NCBI GenBank assembly: GCA_043821645.1
Contig: JBDRCO010000020.1
Span: 1-60,941 of the forward strand
Length of the DNA stretch: 60,941 bases
Source of the DNA: Pseudomonadota bacterium
GTDB lineage: Bacteria; Myxococcota; JACRCW01; JAFGSX01
Direction of reading: 5' to 3'
The position numbers and the translations under genes are program-made. The stretch's first letter is position 1. Each line of letters starts with the position of its first letter. Below the pieces are notes generated by a model. It was not told where the DNA came from. It did not search any database and saw only the letters and a program-made list of their open reading frames with translations. Positions 1 through 8,950 of this stretch are shown here, piece after piece.

Positions 1-666
1 GGGGATGCCGTCCACCAGCACGAAGCCAAAGCCGAGGCTGAGCAGGCCGATGAAGAACGAGGTGTACTGCATCGAGGTGCGCATGTCGCGGGAGAGCGCC
101 GAGATGACGGTGCCGAGCGCGCCCACGAAGACCGCCGACGCAGGGGCCCCGACCAGGAATGCAAGCCACCACGCTGGAGACCCCGCGAGCTTGTCGGCGT
201 AGGGCGCGAGCGAGTCCAGGCGACCCAGCAGCACGCTGCAGGAGCCGACGAGGACGAGGTGAAAGAGCAGCGGGAAGGCCATCGCACCCGTCAACTTGCC
301 CAGCAGCAGCTGTCGCCGGGTGAGCGGCGCCAGCATCAGGAAAGGCAAGGTGCCACATTCGCGGTCGTGCAGCACCGAGGTCCCGGACATGATGGCGACG
401 TAAAGCGGCAGGTTGGTGAAGCTCAGCGAGCCGAAGGTCGAGATCGCTACCTGCAGGACCCCGTGAAGCTCGAAGCCGAGTCCCGCCAGCTGCTGCTCGA
501 GGGCCGCTCGCAGCTCGGCCTGGCTCGATACCCGATCAAGGATCAGAAACAGCGCACCGAAGAGTCCTATCCACAGCGCGTAGTTGGCGGCGAGGATGAA
601 GATCATCCAGGGCTGCCGGCAATGTTCCATCACCTCTGTGCGGGCAATGCGCAGCATCGGCCTCAT
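1..666 (-). CDS. ABC-2 type transporter permease (runs off the window start)
   Basis: Hand translation MRPMLRIARTEVMEHCRQPWMIFIL... with several hydrophobic helices and a 'DRECGTLPFLMLAPLTRRQLLLGKL' ABC-2 motif; its ATG overlaps the ATPase stop (ATGA, 663-666). Confidence 0.85.
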   Translation of the reverse strand, partial: MRPMLRIARTEVMEHCRQPWMIFILAANYALWIGLFGALFLILDRVSSQAELRAALEQQLAGLGFELHGVLQVAISTFGSLSFTNLPLYVAIMSGTSVLHDRECGTLPFLMLAPLTRRQLLLGKLTGAMAFPLLFHLVLVGSCSVLLGRLDSLAPYADKLAGSPAWWLAFLVGAPASAVFVGALGTVISALSRDMRTSMQYTSFFIGLLSLGFGFVLVDGIP

Positions 667-1415
667 CGCTCACCGAGCGCTTCCTGCCAGGCCGTGAGCA
701 GTGGCCCCGCGAGCGGTGCGCTGCGGTCGGCGAATCGAAGCTCTTTCCGGATGCCGCCGTCGACGAGGAGGACGCGGTCGCAGACCGCCTCGGCGGCCTC
801 AAGATCGTGGGTCACCAGCACGCACGCCAGCCCCGCATCCGCCCTGCTGCGGACCTCGGCGTAGAGGTGATGCGATGCGATGGGGTCGAGATTCGCCGTG
901 GGTTCGTCGAACAGCAGCAGCGGCGGCGAAAGCAGCAGTGCACGAATCAGGGACAGCTTCTGCTGCATCCCAGTCGACATGCGACCGACCCGCTCCTCCA
1001 GCCCCGCGCCCAGCGCGAGGGCGTCGGCCAGGGGCCCGGCCCTGGCGTCGACCTGTGCGGCCGAGAGACCGAACAGGCCCCCGAAGTGGTGCAGGTTCTC
1101 GCGCCCGGTCAGCAGCGGATAGAGCCCGGGGCGTGCTGTGACCAACCCGATGCGACCCACCGCGGTGAGCGACAGTGCGAAGGCCTCGATGCCGCAGACC
1201 AGCACCTTGCCCGCGCTCGGACGCAGCAGGCCTGCCATCAGCAGCAGCAGCGTGCTCTTGCCGCCGCCGTTGGGGCCAATCACCCCGACCACCTCGCCGC
1301 GGTGAACCTCGAGGTTCAGGCCAGAAAGGACCGGCCGCGTCCCGAAAAATCGGCCGGCCTGCTCCATCACGACCGTGGGGCCGTCGTCGTGAAGCCTGCT
1401 CTGTGTGCTGCTCAT
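663..1415 (-). CDS. ABC transporter ATP-binding protein
   Basis: Walker A GPNGGGKST, signature MSTGMQQ, Walker B LLLFDEPT, H-loop VTHD. Confidence 0.95.
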   Translation of the reverse strand: MSSTQSRLHDDGPTVVMEQAGRFFGTRPVLSGLNLEVHRGEVVGVIGPNGGGKSTLLLLMAGLLRPSAGKVLVCGIEAFALSLTAVGRIGLVTARPGLYPLLTGRENLHHFGGLFGLSAAQVDARAGPLADALALGAGLEERVGRMSTGMQQKLSLIRALLLSPPLLLFDEPTANLDPIASHHLYAEVRSRADAGLACVLVTHDLEAAEAVCDRVLLVDGGIRKELRFADRSAPLAGPLLTAWQEALGER

Positions 1416-1634
1416 GGCCCGCCGGCTGCGTGGTGTCCTGGGGGCCTTGTCGCGCCACGACCGTCAAGGGTCAAGGGCGGATCCCCTGTGCCACCCGCCC
1501 TACGGGTACCACGACCCGCCGGCCCTCCGGCTGGCAGCGCCTGGCCGTCTGTTATGGCGGTGCTGGCACGGTAGCACGATCGATCCGGATCCATGCGAAT
1601 GCGGCTCAGACGTCGCGCTCGCGCCGGTCGGCTT

Positions 1635-2543
1635 TCACGCCGGCCGCTCGAGCTTCTCGGTGCGGTTCTGTCCTACGTACCCATCGAGAATCGCGATGGT
1701 CGTGAAGTAGCCGGCCTGCGCGTCGTAGAAGCAGCGCCACGACGCGAGGTCGCCGTTGCAGCTGAAGCGAAAGGTCAGCTCGGCGCCGAGTTCCCGACCG
1801 TTCTCGACGGAGCGGGTGATCTCGCCCTGGTCCCGCAGCTCGATGTGAGTCGCGGTCATGAACGCGGTCAGGGCCGGGCTCGGCGAGACCACGTCGGCAA
1901 CGGTGATGCGCCGGCCGACCAGCTCGGGCGGCACCGGCATGTCGTTCTCGACCCAGCTGGCGATGGCACCGGTGAGGAACTCGGCCGCGGCCTGACGGCA
2001 GACCTCGCGCTGCGCCTCGAGGATGCCGGCCTGCGCCTCGGTGCTGGTGGCGCGCAGGAACTCGGCCATGCTGGAGTCCACCGGCTGCCTGGTCAGAGCG
2101 GGATCGCGGCCAAGCACGCGGGCCGCGCGCGCGTCGAGCTCGGCGCGACTGTCCTGCGGGCTGATGTTGAGATTGATGGCCAGACGGGCTAGCTCGTCGC
2201 TCCGCAGCACTGAGCGACCGCCGGACCTGCCCTTGGTCGCGCCAACCTGAAGCACCTCGCCGTTGCCGATCTGCAGGTAGCTCTTGGAGCGCGCATCACT
2301 CGCAGGCCCGCGCAGGAAATCCAGGATCTTCTGCTCGGCAGCAGTGCGCGCGCCCCCGGTGCGCTCGATGGTGCTGATCAGCCGCTCGGCGTCTGCCCCT
2401 GACAGGTTGGCGCCGGGCTTCTCGCCTTGCCCCGAGAGAACGTCCTGCAGCAGCTCGGCGACCTGCTCGCCCACCTGGGCGCTCTGCCCCTGCTCGGCGT
2501 CGAGGGCCTTCTGGCTGGCCCAGGTACGGACAGTGATCTTCAT
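1635..2543 (-). CDS. hypothetical protein
   Basis: Long ORF with GC-biased third positions; ATG at 2543 (MKITVRTW...) chosen as likely start; no recognisable motif. Confidence 0.7.
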   Translation of the reverse strand: MKITVRTWASQKALDAEQGQSAQVGEQVAELLQDVLSGQGEKPGANLSGADAERLISTIERTGGARTAAEQKILDFLRGPASDARSKSYLQIGNGEVLQVGATKGRSGGRSVLRSDELARLAINLNISPQDSRAELDARAARVLGRDPALTRQPVDSSMAEFLRATSTEAQAGILEAQREVCRQAAAEFLTGAIASWVENDMPVPPELVGRRITVADVVSPSPALTAFMTATHIELRDQGEITRSVENGRELGAELTFRFSCNGDLASWRCFYDAQAGYFTTIAILDGYVGQNRTEKLERPA

Positions 2544-2833
2544 GGCGGGTCCAGTTTCTGCGCCTCGCTGGCGACTGAAACACACATTCAGGGGATCCTC
2601 TCCGGGACAGGATAACTCATCCTGGTCGACCTGACGTGTTCGAATGCGGACCCGGAATCGCGCAGTGTGCTTGCGGGACTCGCGGGTCATTGCCACAGTC
2701 CAGAGACGTGAAGGGAGCTGCCATGGGTCTGCTGAAATCCATCTCCGGTGCCAGGGACAGGCAAGGAGACGCGGTCGAGGCGATGCTCGATCGCAACGGG
2801 GACCGCGGGCCACACGGCGCGGGGGAGGCCGTC

Positions 2834-3652
2834 ATGATCGCACAACCCACGACTCGCAGGCTGGCAGCCCTGCTCGTCAGCGCCCTCGGCCTCACCGCCT
2901 GTCCCCGCGAGCCAGCCCCTGCGACATCAGAGCCACCGTCATCGCAGCCCAGCGCCGCGGTCGCGCACGCTGGCAGCCAGCCGGCCAGCACGCCCGCGCG
3001 CGCCGGGATGGAGCACGACCCGAGCCACCCGCCCATCGACTGTCCATTGCACGCGCAGGGCTTGGACCCGAGCACGATGCGCCCCTTCGAGGAGGTCGAG
3101 AAGTACATCGCCTTTCTCGAGCGCGCTGATCGCACCGCCTGGCAGAGGCCCGACACGGTGGTTGCAGCGCTCCGCCTCTTTGGCGACGAGACCGTGCTCG
3201 ACCTCGGTGCGGGCTCGGGCTACTTCGCCTTTCGCCTGGCCCGCGCCCTGCCCCGAGGTCGCGTGATCGCCGCCGACATCGAGCCCGAGATGATCCGGCA
3301 CATGCACCACCGGGCCATGAGCGAGGGCGTGAGCAACCTCGAGGCGAAACTCATCCAGCCCAGCGCGCCCGCCGTGCCCGCCGGCGTCGACCTGGTGTTC
3401 ATCTGCGACGTGCTGCACCACGTCGCGGACAGGCCGACCTGGCTGGCCAGCATCAGCAAGGCCCTGGCCCCTGGTGCCAGGCTGGTGTTGATCGAGTTCA
3501 AGGAGGGCGAGCTGCCCGAGGGCCCCCCCGAGAAGATGAAGATCCCCCGCGCCGAGCTGGTGAAGCTGGTGACCGACGCCGGCCTGGTGCTGGCCAGCGA
3601 GCACGGCGAGCTGCTGCCCTACCAGACCTTTCTCGAGTTCAAGAAGCCATGA
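2834..3652 (+). CDS. class I SAM-dependent methyltransferase with lipoprotein-like signal
   Basis: GGAGG RBS before ATG 2834; lipobox LGLTAC; VLDLGAGSG SAM motif; 'AWQRPDTVV' and 'DVLHHV' motifs. Confidence 0.88.
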   Translation: MIAQPTTRRLAALLVSALGLTACPREPAPATSEPPSSQPSAAVAHAGSQPASTPARAGMEHDPSHPPIDCPLHAQGLDPSTMRPFEEVEKYIAFLERADRTAWQRPDTVVAALRLFGDETVLDLGAGSGYFAFRLARALPRGRVIAADIEPEMIRHMHHRAMSEGVSNLEAKLIQPSAPAVPAGVDLVFICDVLHHVADRPTWLASISKALAPGARLVLIEFKEGELPEGPPEKMKIPRAELVKLVTDAGLVLASEHGELLPYQTFLEFKKP

Positions 3653-3785
3653 GCCGCGATCGGCGCGATGCGCTGCCTGCCCCCCCGGCGACGGTCCACC
3701 TGAGCGGCACGGGCGCTTCGTGGTGGTGCTGCGCCGGCCAGCCGGGTCGTGAACACACACGTTGTCGTCGATGGAAGCGGTCCCC

Positions 3786-5975
3786 TCAGTGTAGCGCGCT
3801 CCAGGCCGCCTCGACGTCGGCCCACAGCGCCTCCTGCTGGCGAGCTGCGCTCCGGGCGAGGGGCAGCAGCGCCGGAAGCTGCCCGGCGCGCGCTTCCCGC
3901 TCGGCGAAGATGTCGACCAGGGCCTGCCTGGCCCGGGAGTGGGAGTCGTCGAGCGCGTCGGCCATCTGGCCGAGCACATCCCCGACGCCGGCAAAGGGCT
4001 GCTCGATGTAGACCTCGAGCTTCTTGAGCAACGCCGCACGCAGCGGGGCCGGTGCGGCCAGAGGATCTGCGGCGGCCTGCTCGAACAGCTTCTTGATGGC
4101 GCGTGCATGACGGCCGAGAAAGTCCTCTTCGGTGGCGGGCTGCAGGCGTGCGCGTTCTGCCGCACTGGGCGCGGGCCCTGCCTGGGGCCGAGCGATCCTC
4201 GCCCTGGCGAGGAGCTGGCGCAGCTGGTCGCGGTCCTGGTCCAGCTGCCGCAGGGCGGCCGGCCTGGCGCGGCTGTTTAGCACAGGGAAGGCATCGACGA
4301 AGCGCTCGAGCAGCCTGGCGGTGGTGCCGTCGCCGACACGGGCGAGCTGGCCGCACAGCTCCAGCAGCTCGTCCATCGGTTGCTCGCCGGGCGAGGTGAG
4401 CAGCTGCTCGGCCAGTTTTCGGGCGTGCTCCACCAGGGCTGCGCGCTGCTCGAGCCGAAGCTGTCCCGCGGCCACCACCGAGCCCAGGTCCGCGGCGTCA
4501 CCCAGGCCGCGCAGCACCTCGGGCAGGCGCTCCGCGGCGAGCGGACCCTCGATGAAGCGCAGCGCGAGATCGTGGTCGGTGCGCGCCTCCAGTGACGCCT
4601 GGGGCGGGATCTCGGCCAGGGTCTGGCACAGCTCGGCGGTGGAGTAGTTCACCCGCACCTCATGGATGACGGGCACCGGACAGGGGGAGCCAGGGGCACC
4701 GCCGTCGCGCAGCTCCACGACAAAGGCGATCCGTCCCAGCTGCACCTGCACAGGTGCCGTGGCCGGGTCGTGCCCGTCGAGCAGGAGGTCGAGACCGCGC
4801 ACCAGGCTGCCCTCGCCGCGGTCGTCCAGGGCGTGCAGCAGCAGCTGGATCACCTCGGCGGGAGTGCTGTCGTCGTTGTGGATGAACAGCACACCCGGCA
4901 GGTCGCTGGGAATGTCTGTGGCGCTGTCGCCCACCACCACCATGCGGTCAGGTGCGGTCCTGGCGTCGAGCCCGAAGTGCTTCGCGACCCCGGTGTAGTG
5001 CTTGTTGGCCGGGTAGTCGCGCACCTCCTTGCGGCCGAAGAAGGCGTCGAAGCGGATCTCGGCCTCGGTCATCAGCTTCTCGACCGGCAGCGGATCGATG
5101 GTGGTGGTGATGACGCTGACCGCACCCATGCGGTGGAGGTTGTCCGCGACCTCGCGCATGTCGGGGCGGAAGTGGTCGCGGCCGTCGCCGACGGTGCCGT
5201 TGAAGTCCCAGGCGATCAACTTGGGGCTCTTGAACGACAGCGTCGCCGGGATGCGCAGGCTGTTCTGGGGGTTGAGCACCCCGCCCGGCCCCAGCAGCAG
5301 CTCGAACACCCGGGCGGCGTTCGGGTCGACCGCGGCGTTGGCTGCGCGGTGCGAGGACTTGAACAGCAGGTGGCCAAAGCACTCCAGCAGCAGGGCCAGG
5401 GCCTCGCCGCGCTGCGCACCGGCAGGGGGATCGAGGGACAGCGCGGGTGCGTCAAGGGTGCTCAGGTCGACGCGCAGGGTCCGCGGCTGTGCGCGATCGG
5501 CGGAGCCGGTGACCGTGACCACCCGGTTCGCCACCTCCAGGCTCCAGGGACCGTCCTGGATGCGAAGGGCAGTGGAACCCAGATCGACGTCGCTGCTCGT
5601 CGCAGCGCCGGCGCAGCTGTGCAGCAAGGCGCTGTAGCGCTGCAGCAGCTGGCTGCGGCGCTCGGCCGGTGCGGCAAGGATCTCGGGCACGCTCAGGGTC
5701 GCGGTGGGGCGAGCATCCGGATGCAGGCGCACCGAGCTGCCGTCCCGGTTGAGGTCGGCGTCGCGCGCGGTGACGGCAAGCTGGAGCCCGGCCGCGACGG
5801 CGTCGAGCGAGGCATCCCCCGAGCGGGTGCGATCCAGGCTGTCCCGGTCGAGGGCATCGACGTGGACGCCAGGGCGACGTGACGACCGGTCCGTCGTCGT
5901 CGCCCGCGTTCCGAGCGGATCGACCGCGGGTGTTCGTGGCGCACGACGCGGGATGCTCCTAATCGGGTCCGGCAA
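3786..5975 (-). CDS. large protein with central HAD-superfamily hydrolase domain
   Basis: HAD motif I-like IAWDFNGT, motif II VITTT, motif IV VVVGDSATD; TTG start at 5975 with AGGAG RBS (MPDPIRS...). Confidence 0.7.
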   Translation of the reverse strand: MPDPIRSIPRRAPRTPAVDPLGTRATTTDRSSRRPGVHVDALDRDSLDRTRSGDASLDAVAAGLQLAVTARDADLNRDGSSVRLHPDARPTATLSVPEILAAPAERRSQLLQRYSALLHSCAGAATSSDVDLGSTALRIQDGPWSLEVANRVVTVTGSADRAQPRTLRVDLSTLDAPALSLDPPAGAQRGEALALLLECFGHLLFKSSHRAANAAVDPNAARVFELLLGPGGVLNPQNSLRIPATLSFKSPKLIAWDFNGTVGDGRDHFRPDMREVADNLHRMGAVSVITTTIDPLPVEKLMTEAEIRFDAFFGRKEVRDYPANKHYTGVAKHFGLDARTAPDRMVVVGDSATDIPSDLPGVLFIHNDDSTPAEVIQLLLHALDDRGEGSLVRGLDLLLDGHDPATAPVQVQLGRIAFVVELRDGGAPGSPCPVPVIHEVRVNYSTAELCQTLAEIPPQASLEARTDHDLALRFIEGPLAAERLPEVLRGLGDAADLGSVVAAGQLRLEQRAALVEHARKLAEQLLTSPGEQPMDELLELCGQLARVGDGTTARLLERFVDAFPVLNSRARPAALRQLDQDRDQLRQLLARARIARPQAGPAPSAAERARLQPATEEDFLGRHARAIKKLFEQAAADPLAAPAPLRAALLKKLEVYIEQPFAGVGDVLGQMADALDDSHSRARQALVDIFAEREARAGQLPALLPLARSAARQQEALWADVEAAWSALH

Positions 5976-6376
5976 GGGGCACTCCTGGGCTGCGCTGCTC
6001 ATCGTAGGGGAATACCGCCATCCATCTCAAGCGCGGTTATGGTGGTCGGCGGCAGCAGCCCGGCCTGGCAATTCCGTTGATGGAGAATCCTCGCTGGTCA
6101 CCGAGTCCGGCGAACGGGTCCTGCTCCGTCGAGCGAAACAAGCGGCGAGGTCAACGCGCCGACCCGGCGCTGCAGGTGACAAGCAACGCGGTGAGGACAC
6201 CGAACCCACAGCCCAACAAACTCCAAATCCGTGTTCTCGTCGCGAGGGTATCGCCACCCTCAGCAGGCCGGCCGGTCCTCCCGTCGCAGCGTGGTACGCC
6301 AGGCCACGCGCAGGTGCCGAGACAGTCCCGGTCACCGGCACATTCCCGTATACTGTGGCGCATCCAGGAGAGTGGC

Positions 6377-8182
6377 ATGCCGGCGCAGCGACCAGCCCCG
6401 CAGCCCCATATTGGTCTATTCGGCCTGCGTGCAAAGATCGCGCTGCCCTATAGCTTGCTGGCTCTGATCATTGGTGCTGCAGCGGCCTACCTGATGACCC
6501 AGGTGCTGATGACCCGACTCGAGCATCGATTCACCACACAGGTTGTCGAAGGCGGTCGTCGGGTCGCGGACACCGTGGCCAGGGTCGAGCGTGAGCATCT
6601 GGAGCAGTGGCGCACGATGGCCTACACCGAGGGCCTGGTCGAGGCTCTGCAGAGCAAGGACCAGGCAGAGCTGACGCAGATCCTTGGTTTGCCCGCGCTC
6701 AACGCCTGCATGGATGCCGTCGACGTGATGGACCTGTCGGGACAGATCGTCTTCTCGGCCAGGCGCCAGAACCTGCAGGACTGCACGGCCTACAGTTTTG
6801 CGGTCGACGACGATGCGCCCGTCGAATGGCCTGGTGCTCGGCGTGCCTTGGGGGGCATTCGCGACGACCTGGGTGACAAGTATGCAGAGCTGGTCAACCA
6901 CAGCGGGCGATGGTGGCTGGCGACCTCGGGGCCGATCCTGTCGGAAGACGGCGCCGTCGTCGGTGTGCTGGTGATCCGCCGCGCACTGGAGACCCTGGTC
7001 CAGCAGGCTCGCGCCGCGGCCATGGCGGACGTCAGCTTCCTGCAACCCGGCGCGGGTGTCCTGGCGACGAGCTTTCCAGCGCAGGACGACACCACGGAGC
7101 TCCTCAAAGAGATGGAACCTGCCGGGAGTGCGCACCCGCCTTCCGGGGGCGTGGTCGCGCCGCTGCGGGTCGCCACCGAGTCCTTCGTGCACGTGCTGTC
7201 CCCCCTGCAGCTGCGTGGGGCCAACACGGGCAGCTTCTTCTCGGCGGCGCTGCCATCTCGCTGGATGCAGCAGGCGGCCGTGCCACTGCGCAACGAGCTG
7301 GCGATCGCCATCGGTCTGGCGGTGATGCTGACCTTGCTTCTCGGTCAGGGTCTGGCCTCGCGAATCGCGGGTCCGGTGCAAAGACTTGTGCACGCGTCCC
7401 GTCGAGTGGCACAGGGGGATCTCACCCAGCAGGTCGGTGCCCGGGAGCGTGACGAGATAGGCGAGCTGGCTCGCAGTTTCAACGTGATGGTTGAAGGCTT
7501 GCGCGAGCGCGAGCGCGAGCGGGACATCTTTGGACGCGTGGTGTCGCCGCTGGTCCGCGAAAAGTTCTTGAGCGGCGAACTCGAGCTGGGTGGGGAGCGC
7601 CGACGCGTGACCGTTCTGTTTGCGGACATCCGTGGCTTCACCCACCGCACCGAGAGCCAGCCCCCCGAGAGCGTCGTGTCCATGCTCAACGAGTACTTCA
7701 CGTCCATGACGGCGGCCGTGCGAGTGTGGGGCGGCACCGTCAACAACTTCATCGGCGACGCGCTGCTGGTGGTTTTTGGCGCTCCGGCGGATATCGCCGA
7801 CGAGGAGTGGATGGCCGTGCGAGCAGCGCTGAACATGCGTGCGGCTCTCGCCGAGCTCAATCACACGCGCCAGCAGCGAGGAGAGGATGTCATCGAAGCC
7901 GGCATCGGCATCTGCACGGGAGAGGTCGTGGCCGGGCAGATCGGCTCACCCGAGCGTTTGATGTACACGGTCATCGGCGACACGGTCAATGTCGCTGCGC
8001 GTCTCGAGACCCTGACCACGTCCTTCCCCGGCCATCCCATCCTCATCGACTCAGACACCGCGCACGCACTTCGGGACCGCGCGGACATCGTGCTCACCCC
8101 GCTGGGGCCGCAACAACTCAGGGGACGCAGCCAGGCAGTCGAGGTTTTTTCCGTCCACGGAGCCGACGATGCCACCGTCTGA
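6377..8182 (+). CDS. membrane sensor with HAMP and class III adenylate/guanylate cyclase domains
   Basis: AGGAG RBS; two TM helices around a periplasmic domain; HAMP 'DEIGELARSFN'; cyclase motifs VLFADIRGFT, FIGDA, YTVIGDTVNVAARLE. Confidence 0.93.
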   Translation: MPAQRPAPQPHIGLFGLRAKIALPYSLLALIIGAAAAYLMTQVLMTRLEHRFTTQVVEGGRRVADTVARVEREHLEQWRTMAYTEGLVEALQSKDQAELTQILGLPALNACMDAVDVMDLSGQIVFSARRQNLQDCTAYSFAVDDDAPVEWPGARRALGGIRDDLGDKYAELVNHSGRWWLATSGPILSEDGAVVGVLVIRRALETLVQQARAAAMADVSFLQPGAGVLATSFPAQDDTTELLKEMEPAGSAHPPSGGVVAPLRVATESFVHVLSPLQLRGANTGSFFSAALPSRWMQQAAVPLRNELAIAIGLAVMLTLLLGQGLASRIAGPVQRLVHASRRVAQGDLTQQVGARERDEIGELARSFNVMVEGLRERERERDIFGRVVSPLVREKFLSGELELGGERRRVTVLFADIRGFTHRTESQPPESVVSMLNEYFTSMTAAVRVWGGTVNNFIGDALLVVFGAPADIADEEWMAVRAALNMRAALAELNHTRQQRGEDVIEAGIGICTGEVVAGQIGSPERLMYTVIGDTVNVAARLETLTTSFPGHPILIDSDTAHALRDRADIVLTPLGPQQLRGRSQAVEVFSVHGADDATV

Positions 8183-8927
8183 CCGTCGTCGCCATCGCGG
8201 CCTGCTGAGCTGGTGGTTGATGGTGCTGGCCTTGACCGGGCTTGGCGTTGGCAGCACCTTTGCGGCCACCTTGGTCGCGCACGAACGGCAGCCCTTTCGT
8301 GCGAGGCCGCTGGGGGAATCCATCGCGTCACGGCTGGTCGCGAGCTACGCGGTGGATCCGATACCGCCGACGACACGGCCCCAGCTGCAAACCAACATCG
8401 TCGCCGCTGTCTTCGAGGATGCCAGAACAGCTCGCTCCGACCCGGCAGCGCCTCTCCCCGGCTTCTCGGGCGCCGCGCTGGATGGCTGGCACAAGCAGCT
8501 CCAGATCGGTATCCATGCTCCGCACCCCGCCACCGTGGATACTGACGAGGCGCGGCGGGCCGCCGAAGCCGAGGCCATCGCGAGGCTGCAGGCGCAGCGA
8601 CGCGAGCAACAACGTCGTCAACAATTGAAACAGCGGGGCGTCGAGACCGACGTCCTCACCCGGCAGATCATGCAAAGGACGCGCGTCCTTCGTGCATGCT
8701 ACGAGCGCTATCTCAAGACGCACAGCCAGGCCGAAGGGCGCTTGCGAATCGAGCTATCCATCGACGACAGCGGAACCGTCGACGAAGTCAAGGTACTCAC
8801 AGATAGTTTTGAAGGGAGCGAGGTCCGCGATTGTCTGACCGAGCGAATGCGTCGTTGGCGCTTCGCTGCGCCCGCAGGCGGCGCCTTTCGGGTCGTCGTA
8901 CCGATCGCCTTCACCCGTCGACGGTGA
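8169..8927 (+). CDS. AgmX/PglI (TonB C-terminal-like) domain membrane protein
   Basis: N-terminal TM; C-terminal 'LRACYERYLK...EGRLRIELSIDDSGTV...VRDCL...WRF...VVPIAF'; overlaps the cyclase end by 14 bp. Confidence 0.8.
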   Translation: MPPSDRRRHRGLLSWWLMVLALTGLGVGSTFAATLVAHERQPFRARPLGESIASRLVASYAVDPIPPTTRPQLQTNIVAAVFEDARTARSDPAAPLPGFSGAALDGWHKQLQIGIHAPHPATVDTDEARRAAEAEAIARLQAQRREQQRRQQLKQRGVETDVLTRQIMQRTRVLRACYERYLKTHSQAEGRLRIELSIDDSGTVDEVKVLTDSFEGSEVRDCLTERMRRWRFAAPAGGAFRVVVPIAFTRRR

Positions 8928-8950
8928 GCTGACAGCGGTGATGTGGGGCC

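Noticed and set aside
6157-6260. Integron attC-like sequence (CCCGGCGCTGCAG)
   Set aside because: No RYYYAAC...GTTRRRY pair in proper register, and no integrase or cassette array.
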